Assembly (NCBI GenBank): GCA_002189035.1 | Contig: CM007992.1 | Location: 2,046,001-2,110,000, forward strand | DNA length: 64,000 nt | DNA from: Utricularia gibba | Taxonomy: Eukaryota; Plantae; Magnoliophyta | Direction of reading: 5' to 3' | Part shown: positions 20,943-33,879 of the stretch, one piece after another | Layout: each line of letters starts with the position of its first letter | How positions within the stretch are numbered: position 1 is the first letter of the stretch | Program-made: the position numbers and the translations under genes | The notes under the pieces: model-generated | Told to the model about the DNA's origin: nothing | What the model saw: the letters and a program-made list of their open reading frames with translations, nothing else | Database searches by the model: none

Positions 20943-23375
20943 TGTAGAAATGCTGTTACGTGTGTTGCAGAAAATCCGGGTCTGAAGGCTGTTACCAATT
21001 ATTATCATAGTTTGTTCTAGTCAATCTTTGTGTCTATTTAAGCTATTGTCTATATTCAGCTCATTGTCCTTTTTTGTCTGATTAATAACAGCAGTTTTCT
21101 TTCTTACGTGTCCCTTCCACGAGAACAAATTGTAAACAGCCTGAGAGTTGTCGTTCTTTACCGACACCTACTTCTCTTATGCTTATCACAATTCGTATCA
21201 GAGCATTGGTTCGATGGGTGCGACTCAATCAAGTGCTGTATGGAAATTCAATGGAGAAGATTATGTTGTGTGGTCGGTCCAGATGGTTGCATATCTCAAA
21301 GCAATGAAACTCTGGGAGACAGTAATCATGCCGCCACAACTCGAGGTTCTTCCAACCAATGTGTCGCTAGAAAGGATCAAACGGTTAGAGGACCTCCAAG
21401 CCAGAGAGGAATAAGCTAAAGTAGTCCGTTATTCTGGTATGGACAAATCCATAATTTCAAGAACCTTAATGTGCAGAACATCGAAAGAAATATGGGACAA
21501 GCTGAAGACAGAATTCGAAGGTGACGCTCACTCCAAAGAGACAAGGATTGCAAATCTGGAGATGGAATACAAAGGCATGCAAATGCTGCCCTCAGAGACG
21601 ATCAAGACTTACATGGATCGTTTTATGAAGGTAGTAACGCAGATGCAAATGTTGGGGAATATAAAATCAAAATTCACCCTTACCAAGAAGATCATGCATA
21701 CTGTTCTTCCTTGCATTGAGCCGAAAATTTCATCCTCGGAGTGCAGCACTGAATATCCCCATCTCATAGTTGCAAAACTCTCAAGTGCCTTGCAAGCTTT
21801 AGAGTGCAGGATGGCTGCAAGAGATCAAGTGGTGGAACAGGCACTCACTGTTCTCAACATTGGCAAAGCAGATGGCAGACAATCTGAATCAAAAGAGAAG
21901 AAATCTGAGACAAGCAAAGGCAAAGAGGCAAAGAAAAAGAATAAAAGGAAATTCCCACCGTGCGAATAATGCAAATGAAGCTCACTCCGAAAACTATTGT
22001 TTCTGGAGACCTAATGCACATTGCTTCATATGCAACCAGCAAGGGCATGTTGATAAGATATGCAAATAAAAAAACCTGCCTCAAGTGAATGCATCAGTGG
22101 CTGAGGTCGTGCAAACCGACTATGTTGAGAATCTCTTTGCTATTTCAATTGCGGAACCAGCAGAAATTTCTGTTGAGCCTCAGACTTCAACAAATCATGA
22201 AGCCCTCCTAGCAGGAAATTTGGTTCCACGTACAGTCCATAATCTTGGCTGGTTGGTGGATTCAGGATGTTCAGCTCACATGACAGGTGAGCAACATTTA
22301 TTTTCCATGCTAAATTTCTCATGCACAGCTAGTGTTCAACTTGGAAATGGAGATGCACTCAAAGCCATTGCCAAGGGCTTTGTGTTGGTTCAAACACCAC
22401 AGGCCACAAGATGCTTGAAAGATGTCTATCTTATACCGGGACTCACCATCAATCTGTTGAGCATCAAAAAATTGGATGATATAGGATTTACAGTCATCTT
22501 CGGAGGAGGCGCTTGCAGGATTACATATCCAAAAGGACATGACGTTATACACATTCCAGCCACTGGGGACAGCTACTTCCTACCGTGGCCTCTACTCACC
22601 CCTAAAATAGCCAATGCTGCAACAATGATGGATGACTTGAGATGGCATAATGCCTTAGGCCATGTCAACGTCTCCAAACTTGAACCCATGTCAAAGATGG
22701 GCATACGTAGAGGACTTCCCACTTTAAGGTTTGATCATGCATTCACCTGTCCCGTGTGCTTGCAGGGAAAAATGAAACAGGTACCATATCCCCGACAGAC
22801 CAACTTTAGGGCCCAAACACACCTTGAGCTAGTCCACGCTGATGTCTACGATAACATGAGTGTTGCATCGCTTGGCAGTAATAAGTATTTTCTCAGTTTT
22901 ATTGATGAAAAGTCGAGGTACTATTGGGTCTTCTTCATGAGATATAAGTCTCAGGCACTTGAATGCTATATGGCCTTCAAAGCAGCGTGAGAGAAGCTCT
23001 GGAAGCAGGTTAAAATGTCTACGAACAGACAATGGTGGAGAGTTCACCTCCACACGCTTCAAGCATGAATTGCAAGCATGGTGGAAGCAAGTTAAAACAT
23101 CAGACTAGAGTTCCATACTCTCCCTCACAGAATGGCATTGTGGAAAGCAGAAACAGAGTCATTATGGCTATGGCTTGCTGCTTGCTGTTAGAGAAGAAAG
23201 TGCCAAAACAATTTTGAAGTGAAGCTATAGCCACTGTGGTTTAAATTCAAAACAGACTGTCAACAACAAGTCTACAAGAGGAGACGCCAAGGCCTGGCAT
23301 GGGAAAACACCAATGGTTGGACACAATAAAATATTTGGTTCCATTGCCTACACTCTAGTCCCAACTAAACCTTAA
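20943..23375 (+). mobile_element. 3'-truncated degenerate copia: 5' LTR (to 21190), PBS, gag-PR-INT pseudogene
   Basis: PBS TCGTATCAGAGC at 21193-21204. ATG at 21214 (MGATQSSAVWKFNGEDYVVW). Two CCHC knuckles, WLVDSGCSAHM, LELVHADV, SQNGIVESRNR; stops at 21412 and 21967. LTR start uncertain. Confidence 0.88.
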
Positions 23376-25231
23376 GAAGCTTCAATACATTGTATTATAT
23401 TGTTCTAGTTAGTAATCGAATTTACTAGTTATTGCTTTGCTATATTTTATCGTAGACTTGCATTTGTGTTAACTTGGATTTAATATTCAAACGTCAAAAA
23501 TAGAATACATTAAACTTTATATGACAAATACATAAATTTTTGTATTCGACCTTAATCTACTATACTCATATTTTATTTTATGATTGAATATGTATTAGAT
23601 TTATAAATTTATTTGTTAGAATAATTTGCATATTAACGACACTTGTAAATTTTTTGTTTATCAACTGAATGACTAATCTTCAAAATATTATTCTGAGAAG
23701 CTAATAATATGTCAGTTTCAAGATCTTGAATATGATAGTCGTGTAAGTAAACTTAGACTTGAAATCAACAAAGTTATTTTGATCTTAACATTATATTTTA
23801 ATTTATTACTAATGAGAGTCTAACCATGAATTGCCTAATATAGATGAAAATGGATGCGACTTCTATCAATAACGTTAGCTTGTTTTAACATATCATCAAA
23901 TCTAGGTTTTTTAATTAATGAAAAAGAAAGTTTATTCAGTATCAAATAATGTACAAAAATAATTTGAAAAAGTTTATAAATCGATACTTTTAATACCCCT
24001 AAACATAATTTACTTTTACGAATTTGAGTTAATCTATCATTATATTTCTCTCTAACATGTCTTTTATATATATCAGTTACTCAATTCTTTTTGAAAGCCT
24101 TCCTTGCAACAATGCTTGGAAATAAGTTTTCCGGATTGAAAACAACAAAATCATCTCAAATATCTCAAAAATCATCATTATGATTTTTTGATTTTTTCCG
24201 ACATAAAAAACTTGATAAGATAGAAAAATCCACTTCTTAATGATTAGAAAAATCATCATATTGGGGTAATAGAACAGATTCAAGATCTTACAAAACTTGA
24301 ACTTCTTCCCCAAAACTTAAAAAGAATTTTGTAAATAAGATCCGTACATTTTGTAAAAAAATAAAAAAAAACAATATATTAATGTTACAAGAGTAAAATT
24401 TAAAAGTATTACTGTTCATGGCTTGCCAAGTTCGTCCAAATTGGAATTTTGAAAGTACCTCAAAACACAAATTGTATGTAGAAATTGAAATAAAGTTATT
24501 GCGAGGATGAGTGATGAATGCACTAAGAGAGAGTATATTAGAATTATATGATATCTATAGGGTATATGCATAGACAGTTTTCTATTAAAAAATATCAATG
24601 GATATTAAATTTTTTTTGCACAAACTAGCCGTTGCCAATGGCTAGAAATATATATATAGTATTTTAATAATTTTTAATATCAAATAATGCGTTTGATATT
24701 TTTTAATCTTATTTCTATTTTTTAGTATTAACCAACAAATTATTGGTAATCGTTTATAAATATTTTTATGTTTGTTAATGCTTTTATTTAAAAAAAACAT
24801 GAACGTTGAATGACATGGTTTATGTATAATGAATACTTTAAATATTGTAAAACAAACCGATGGTTCACGGTTTATGTTGGGTTTTAAGAAAATCTATCAT
24901 ATTTTTGTAACACTTTTTGTATTTACTATGTACAAAACATGGAAAATTTATAAACTAAACCAATCAAATATGCTAACTAAGTCTAATTCAATTATTTGTA
25001 AGCCAGATTAACAAATCAGACCTAGATATTTCATAGTGTTTCCTTTTGGAATCTCTTGAATCTCATTCTGAACTAGTTAATTGAATTTTTGTATCGTATC
25101 AGGTCAGATTTCAGTAGAATTTTACAACACTCCCCAAAGCACTGTGATTTGCATTTTGAACATTCCATGGGAGAAATCAACTGAACCCATTTTCAAAGAA
25201 AGTACAATAAAAACTCCAATAAAAATGTGCT

Positions 25232-26382
25232 TGATGGTAATTCTACAAGTGCACAGAAACCGTCGAAATAATAAAATAAGATTGTATCCATAAGAAATTA
25301 TTATTGGAATTTTCTTTTCAAACAAATACTCAAAAAGACCGAAAACAAAAAAAAGACTTGGATTTAAAAATAATAAGAAAATTGATCTTGGATCAAGCAT
25401 CCACCTTGCTTAAAACTTGCTCAAACTCGTGTGTGTAAACCTTGAAGATTGATTTGCTTGTGCAAGTTCTGGGGTGTTATGGTAAAGAAGTGCTACTCGG
25501 TGACTGTTATAGCACCGTCCCTTGTTTTGTGGGATTATGGAATCAACCACGCCACCAGAGCCATTTTACCTCTTATGATAATCCATGTTTTCCCCACACC
25601 CAAATCTAACCTCTACACCTCACACCTCGCAGACAGATTAGATAGAATGTGCCTTACCAACGATGTCCAATTGAGACCCTTCTCCTTAGGTGCTTGAGGC
25701 CAATCTTTGATTTTTTCACACTTCCTTCGGGTTATGTGATACTGAAGAGCACGTTGGTAAAGAAAACGTTACAAAAAACAGAATCAAACCTCAATTTAAA
25801 TGTCGAAAAACATAGTAAAACAGTTACATGTGCATGACTTGTGCAAGAAAGGCTTCACCGCAGATCCTCAGCCTCAAGCGCCTACACGTGCAGACTTGAA
25901 TCTAACATGAAAATAGACACGAAAATAGGAAAAGTACAAAGGAAAAGTGGTCAAAGACATCTCTAATGTTTGAGAGGGTGAGGTATTTATAGGAGGGTCA
26001 ATCCAAGTCTTCGTATTAAGCTTATTTGATGGGCTTGGATAAGATCTTCTATCCAAATTTTTTATTCAAATCTTCGAAGATCATCTTCATATCTCTATCT
26101 TATCCACGAATCTTGGACCAAATCTTCATCGGTTGACCGAGTCTTGGGTTGAGATTCGTGGTCCATCAAATCCATAATTTGGTGGGTCTTGATTTCTCCT
26201 CAAATTGATCCAAAAGTACCCTAAAAATCCACAAAATACACTTTCTCTCAAAAAAGATCAAAGTAATGTGAGAGATGCAAAATCAATTGAGAATAATGAG
26301 AAAGTTGGGTTTAAAATACGTAAAAACAACACTCAAGAGTAATGGAAGAACATATTTTGAAATGACACAAAATCACTTATCA
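25232..26382 (-). mobile_element. Athila-like solo LTR, copy 1 (1151 bp)
   Basis: Homologous end to end with 32730-33866 and 37680-38811; rc begins TGATAAGTG. Absent from the paralogous site near 19278. No TSD. Confidence 0.85.
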
Positions 26383-27549
26383 CTGCATCACTCCGCTTGT
26401 TGAAGAGGCGCTTCTTTTAAGTATATGTTTACTGGGGAGGAGAGTTGGATCAATGAACAATCAATTCGCAAAATAGATTTTAAAATGATTATCGAATTCA
26501 TGGAGTAGCTTTATGTTTTTAAAGAACTTGATTATGGAAATTAGGCAATTTGAGGATTTCACCAATTCCTCTTTTCCTAATGAACAATCATTTCGAGAAA
26601 AAAACTCATTTTTTATCGATTTTTTATAATTTTCTATATGAATTGATTATGATTTTAATTCTATTATTTTCGCAAGTCCACCATGAATTCAACAAATCAT
26701 GGTCGAAAAATGGATTTTGAGTCCCATTGTGCTTTACCTAATCAGATAAAAATAAAAAGAAAAAATATCAATCAAATCAAATTTATCTACTGCTACTACT
26801 TGAATGTATTAGAAAAATGGTCAAAACTATGTAAAAAAATTTGATCATTCTACATATATTTTTTTAACTAAATGAGTGAGAGAGAAATGTGAGATGACCA
26901 ATTTGTTAAATGACTCGGTAAAAAATGACTAAAGTGAACTTGGTGGGAGTGGATTACACCAACAAGGCAAGAACACTAAAGACATTGCGAGTTTTTTCAA
27001 GTTTAAACCCAACACAAGAATTAGTCCGATCATTTGTCTCTATATCAACTTACCAATAGAAGGCTGAGATTCTCGATTGTAGTCTTCATGATCTTTCTTG
27101 TTTTGCCTTGCCTTATGACTTTTTTGAAGGTGGTGGACTCTAGTAGTCCTGCAGATGTAGGTGCTGTTAAGGCCAAACAGTGTAACCAAAGCAAATCCTC
27201 AACTAGTAAAAAATAGAAGGAATTTACAAGAGATCACATCAATATTCTCAATCATAGACCGGTGAGAACAAGAGAGATTTCACACAGAAGGAATTAGTGA
27301 AATTATTACATTATCTCTTTCCACTTCTTTGATTTACTTGTAGTTGCACTCTTTTATCATAAAATAATTGAACTTTGCAGTTAGTGAATGGACAAGAAGG
27401 AAAACACGAATTACCTCTAACTATAGAGATCAAGGAACTCGACCTATCAATAGTGTGGCTCCTTCTGCCTTTGTCTTCTTCCAAGAGCTATTGTTATGTT
27501 CCATAGAACTCTCATGGATCCCTAAGGACTGGTTTGTGTTTATTCCCTC

Positions 27550-27999
27550 TGTTAAATTATGATATGAGTTCTTGCGTATTATTATTGCTCCAGTTAGTAC
27601 CATTGTTTGGACTTAGGTCAAAACACCCATGCATGAGGCAAACCAGTTGCACATAGGAATGTATCTCGGGAAGGCGTATATGGCAGACATACCCACTGTG
27701 TGTTTGTGTATGAAAGAACTACCCTTCTGATAAAGAAAGTTGATTAACAAAAGCAAGACAGAAAAGGCAGCAGCTTTGTCCCCTATATATATGTATATGC
27801 GTTCGTCTTCTTCATTAAGAAGAGCAAGCAGAAACTGTAATCTCATCAATGAAAACTTCCTAGTGAGCGGCATTTCCTTGCCCGTGGTTTTTTGTCTTCT
27901 TGGAGTTTCCACGTAAACACCATGTTCTTCCATTTACTTGCTCAAACACAAAGCGATTAACAAGACAACTAGAATACAAACTAACGCTCACTTCTAACA
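27550..27999 (+). mobile_element. Solo copia-type LTR (450 bp)
   Basis: TGTTAAAT...TTCTAACA, perfect TSD CCCTC (27545-27549 and 28000-28004), TATATATAT, and U5-type CCCGTGGTTTTTT...TTTCCACGT motif. Confidence 0.88.
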
Positions 28000-28269
28000 C
28001 CCTCAGCGTACTTCCTTTCTTCGCTGGTACTTCTTTTTGTTCTGTATATTTGGCCAAAAGCATTTTGTGCTTCAAGAGCTCGAGAGGAAAAGAAGAAGAT
28101 TTTCCACTTACGAGTATCTACAGCCATCCCATCTGACAATCATTTTGCTTAATATTAGTGGTCATGTGTGCTCGTATGACAAAACATAACTACATAAAGT
28201 AAAAACAAAAAATAGTGAGCATGATTTTCTTCCTAATTCATAATTAGTCACCTTACATCATCCCATGGC

Positions 28270-28620
28270 AATCCCAATAGAGTGGACATTTTGGAGGCAA
28301 ATGTCTATAGAAGAGGTCTAATAGAGTACTACACTATTGACAATGTAGATCCAAAAAGTTGTGCAAGTTCAGATGGATCACTTTGCATGTTAGAACCCGT
28401 CAAAAAGGGACTTATGAAAGATAGTCATACTTCTCCAGAAAAACCAAATCACTCAGAGTCCGAATTTTAGAAAGTATTACTACCTATTTCATTTTCCTGA
28501 TGGGTTTGGTATTCTCATTTTGTAAAGCACACGATTTGTGGTTTTGCGTGTACTTTTTCTATGAAGCGAAGTGGAGTAGGGATTTTCCCTACAATGGCAT
28601 TGGGAAGAGGGATACTTTTG
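28270..28620 (+). pseudogene. Possible L1 LINE reverse-transcriptase remnant
   Basis: EWTFW.QM and PVKKGLMKDSHTSP in different frames resemble VEWxFL and RGLRQGDPLSP; heavily decayed. Confidence 0.3.
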
Positions 28621-29929
28621 AATGAAGCATGGTGCAACCAGACCAAAGTTTAACATCTCTATAGAAGCTACTAAATCATTAGTTAAGGGTGATTGGTGAC
28701 ATGGCATGTAGGAGCAATAACTCAAGTGGAGGCAGAAGTAGACACTCTGCACTAATTTACTTCAGAATAAATGATTTTGGTTTTTACAACATAAAGTCGA
28801 AAAAGGAGGGTTTAAGGCTTTGCAAGCATTGATTTAAATGAAATAATGTCGTCAAGCATGGAACCATAAACAGAATTTATCCATTTAGAATAAATAATCA
28901 TAATCCTTATTTAGTAACTAATACACGTGGCAGCCTTTATTTTCATCCTGCTTCATTATGGCGGTGTTAAGCAAATCAATCTCGACAGTTGGAGACCTTT
29001 TATCAAGCATAGAAATGTCTCAAAGTCTCCAATGTGGCAACAAATCCTTATACCAAATAGTGAAAACAAATAACCACTGTGGCGTTCCACATTTAGAAAA
29101 TTACACTTATATATATATGTATATATATATATATTTTAAAAATATTATATTATATTTACATTAAAATTATGTAACTTATTTTTATTTTTTTAATAAAAAT
29201 TCGTCTTTTGTTACTCTGAAAATTTTAGCCGAACCTTTATTACCTCAATGGATCTAATTGTCTCATAAAAATCAAATCATTAAAACCATTTTTGGTTGAA
29301 TTCACAAAAATTATGTAATATATTTTACAATATTTATATAATTTCTATTATAATAATATTTAAACTAGTATAGCCAATCTTGATTTTAATTTAAATTCTA
29401 TCATTTTGTAGTTATATGTCAACCTTGAAATTTATATTTAGATCTTTTTTTTTATTGAATTAAATTCAACAGCAATTTAGATTGTTGTATAATATAAATT
29501 TTAGAATTTAAAGAGTAATTTACATTGTAGAAAGAAATGTAAATGTTATATAAATAAAAGATGGACAGTGTTATATTATGTTGTATGCTAGATGAAATAA
29601 AAGATTTATGAATTAAAAAATAAGTAAAAATAATGTTTATATAAAATATATGTGTTTTTTTAAAAAAAATTAAAAAAAAGATAGGTAGCTTTATGAAGTC
29701 TGGTGGCCTGTTCGTGTGGATTCACTGTAAAAAACTTTGCAGGTGCATCTGGTTGCGTATTAGGAGAGCGGCTGGGACCTTTGCCATTTGGAGAACTTAG
29801 AAAAAGTGCTAAAACCACACTTTGCACGTAAATCAGACAAAGATAAACACAATTTCCAAATGGCGGGAAGCAAATGATGAAAAACAGGAAGGAGAAGTTA
29901 CAGATGAAAAAAATAAACTAACACATATG

Positions 29930-32350
29930 TTGTATTAGATAATGACTTTAATCTTCAATTTCACCATTCAAGATTGTTGACAACATCAAATTGATACACA
30001 CTCCATTTAAAAACAGTACATACCAAGCAGCACATGGATAATGTCAAACAAGAGTTGATCAATTCCTTTTACTTGAGACCAAAAATTTTTCTGGCTGGTG
30101 GAGCATCAACAATCTCCCATGTTTTATATTTATTGATCATCCTTAGCTCCTCCTGCATGGCCTGCCTTTTAGATAAGCGGAGACAATGCTTCAGATACAT
30201 TTGAAGGTTCAATTGACAAAATACAATTGTCAAAACATCAGACATCCTGCTAGAACTTTGAGCATGTGCAAAATCACAACTTTCAGGATCTACATAATTC
30301 TCAAATTGTGATTGAGTAGTTGTTTCAGGGAGAGAAACAAACTTCTAGAACTTGATGATTAGTTGATGACTTAGCAACATCTTCATCCTCAAGTCCAAGT
30401 GGATGGAAAATAGTGAATGGTTTCATTCATTCCTATCGAAATTCCAGACTACACTCTCATGAATTTTCAATCACGGACTTATAGAAATTTGTTGAGTTAA
30501 AGGATCAAAAATCCCATGGACTTTATAATTAGTGATAAAACCATAACAATGCCAATAAAGCCTCTGCGATCAAGATTGGTTCTTTGAGGACTAGGAACAT
30601 AACAATTACAGATGCTTCCAAAATACTCCCAAAAAACTTGATGGCAACTTATTCCCAAACCATCTTTCAAAAGGTGTTGAGAATGATACAACCTTGCAGG
30701 GTAATTGATTCTGTAACAACATGGAGGTGGAAGCCGTTGATCCTTCAAATATCGTTTAATAAGCACTTGGTCATATTGAGTATGCTTCTATTTTTTTACT
30801 CTCACAAGCATTATTCTGTTGAGGATTATATGACACACTCAAATGGTGTTTTATGTTATGATCCTTCAAATAAGCATCAAAAACATTGTTTGTAAATTCA
30901 GTACCATTATCACTTCAAAAAACTTTAATGATTCAAAACTTTCCTTCTCAACATAACTTTTAAAATCACAAAACACAGCAAATGCTTCAAACTTGATCTT
31001 GAGAAAATATATCAAGTAAAATCAACTAGAATCATCAATAAAGATGAGAAAATATATATTGCCATTTAAAGAAATCTCAGAAGAGGATCAAATCACTATG
31101 AACCAATTCCAATTTTTGTTGACCTTGAAAGTAGTTGGAGATAATGGATTTTGCTGTAATTTGCCATATTGGAAAGTAAGACATATTTCCGTAAAGGTAG
31201 GATTAAAACTTGGCAAGTCATTAGTCAAGTCCTTGTTTATCATCATTTTAACATAATGAGGATTAGCATGAACAAATTGTCTATTCCAAAAATTAGCAAT
31301 ATCACTAGTGTTTCAAAAATGTATTAAATTCAAGAGCAAGGTTCTTATACTATAACATAGAATGAGCAATCTCCTTTCTTATCAAAAAATTGACATACTT
31401 GATCTTTAAAAACCATAGAGAAGCTGTTCATCGTTAGTTAACTAATACTTAAAAGATTTTCCTCAAGATCAATCAGATATAGAAAATCTGAAAGTAAATT
31501 AGTTCCACTTGATATTTTAATGATAATAATGCCTATCCCAAGGTATACTAGTGTATAACATAAAAACTTATATAAATTCTCTAATCATTGCAAATTGTTA
31601 GAATTCTCATATCAAATAAATTTATAAAACTCAATTTTTAATTAAACATAATTCAAAGAAGATCATATAATGGAATTGGGGTGAAACACAAAAAGTCTAA
31701 CATTTATAATGTGAAAATTCATGCATTCTAATCTATAACATAAATAGCAATAGTAAGGCCAACGACTATTGGTGGGTTCATTTCTAAATACTAATTTTAC
31801 TTATATATTTAGGTTGCTAATCTCTTTCACATTAAAGGGTCACATCAAAATGTATCCTTGGTAATACCATTTTGAAAGAGCTCAATGATTGGGCTTTGAA
31901 AGTTGATGATAAAGAAAAGAGTACAAGGAAGAGAAGGTGTGTGTTTGCAGAAGAAGAATTTCCATCTACGAAGAAGCAGAGTTGATCGGAATGGTGACGA
32001 GTTGTTTTGTTTCACGATGCTTGAACTTATAGAATGCAATGAATTTAAATATAAAGAAAAACATAACAAACTAAAAACTTTCCTTATTGTATAGCAAACT
32101 AATTGGGAAAATATCTTTGATTTGTTCTTTTATTTATGACTAATGGTGATCCCACAATAATTGCCAAGTATAGTAGACTCATAATTGGGATGATTTCACT
32201 TATACAAGAAACCTTTGCATGGGTTGTATAGTCAGCGTAATTATCCTTATTACTTCTCTCTTTGTTCCACCAACTAAGTGGCTTTTTAATACTTGTATTG
32301 GCTGCGTGCAAGTTGAGTTTGGTGGTGAAGAATGACAGGGAGGCTTTGAT
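29930..32350 (-). mobile_element. Degenerate copia internal region (gag end, integrase, RT start)
   Basis: rc translations QKLELVHSDL...NGNIYFLIFIDDS, EFTNNVFDAYLKDHNIKHHLSVSYNPQQN, QAMQEELRMINKYKTWEIVDAP. Confidence 0.8.
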
Positions 32351-32729
32351 CATTCACTTAGTGAGAATATCTGCCATTTGATTGATGTGTGGGGAGGTGA
32401 GAGGTCACCAAATAATACAAAGCAATGCACTCCCATATAAAGTGAAAACTGAGCTCAATATGTTTACTATAAGAATGGAAGATCGAATTTACAGTGAGTT
32501 ATTGGGCACTAAGGTTGTCATGGAGAAACCATGGCATTGCGTGAAGATGAATACCTAAGGCATGATGATAGAATTTACAGTGAGTTATTGGTCCTGAGTT
32601 TTGTATCATTTTCTTCCCCACCTCAATTTAGTAGAAATCTTCTCCTACGAGCTCCGACAGCTCCATGATTTTTCCATTTTACGGTGGTTTCCACATAAAA
32701 AGTCCCCACCTATTTTCATTTCATCCGGT

Positions 32730-33866
32730 TGATGGTGATTCTGCAAGTGCACAGAAACTGTCGAAGTAATAAAATAAGATCGTATCCACAGGGAATTGTT
32801 ATTGGAATTTTCTTTTCAAACAAAGACTGAAAAAAGAACGAAAATAAAAGAAAGATTTGGTTTTAAAAACAATAAGAAAATTGGCTTTGGATCCACGATT
32901 CACCTTGCTTAAAACTCGCCCTTGCGTGTGTGTAAACCTTGAAGACTGACCTGCTTACACAAGCTCTGGGGGTGTTATTCTAAAGTAGTGCTACTTGATG
33001 ACCGTTATAGCACCGTCTCTTGTTTTGTGGGATTATGGAATCAACCATGCCACCAGAGTCATTTCGTCTCTTGTGATAACTCATGTTTTCCCCACACCCA
33101 AATCTAACCCCTACACCTCACACCTCGTAGACAGATTAGATAGAATGTGCCTTACCAACGATGTCCGATTGAGACCCTTCTCCTTAGGTGCTTGAGGCTA
33201 ACCTTGGATTTTCTCACACTTCCTTTGGGTTATGTGATACTAAAGAGAACGTTGGTAAAGAAAACATTGCGAAAACAGAATCAAACCTCAATTTAAATTT
33301 CAAAAAACATAATAAAACAGTCACACGCGCAGAACTTGCACAAGCAAGGCTTCACCGCAGATCCTCAACCGCAAGCGCCTACACATGCAGACTTGAATCT
33401 AACATGAAAATAGACACGAAAATAGGAAAAGTGGTCAAAGACGTCTCTAATGTTTGAGAGGGTGGGGTATTTATAGGAGGGTCAATCCAAGTCTTCGTAT
33501 TGAACTTATTTGATGGGCTTGGATAAGATCTTCTATCCAAATTTTTTATTCAAATCTTCGAAAATCATCTTCATATCTCTATCTTATCCACAAATCTTGA
33601 ACCAAATCTTCATCGGTTGACCGAGTCTTGGGTTGAGATTCGTGGTCAATCAAGTCTATAATTTGGTGGGTCTTGATTTCTCCTCAAATTGATCCAAAAG
33701 TATCCTAAAAATCCACAAAATACACTTTTTCTCCAAAAAAATCAAAGTAGTGTGAAAGATGCAAAATCAATTGAGAATAATGAGAAAGTGGGGTTTAAAA
33801 TAAGTAAAAACAACAATCACTAGTAGTGGAAGAACATGTTTTGGAACGACACAAAATCACTTATCG
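32730..33866 (-). mobile_element. Athila-like solo LTR, copy 2 (1137 bp)
   Basis: Perfect TSD CCGGT (32725-32729 and 33867-33871); terminal CA mutated to CG. Confidence 0.92.
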
Positions 33867-33879
33867 CCGGTCAAACCGA

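Noticed and set aside
24624-24645. Hairpin CTAGCCGTTGCCAATGGCTAG as a Helitron 3' end
   Set aside because: No spacer between hairpin and CTAG, and no matching 5' TC or A|T site could be established.
28923-28931. ABRE/G-box ACACGTGGC
   Set aside because: Single motif with no associated gene.
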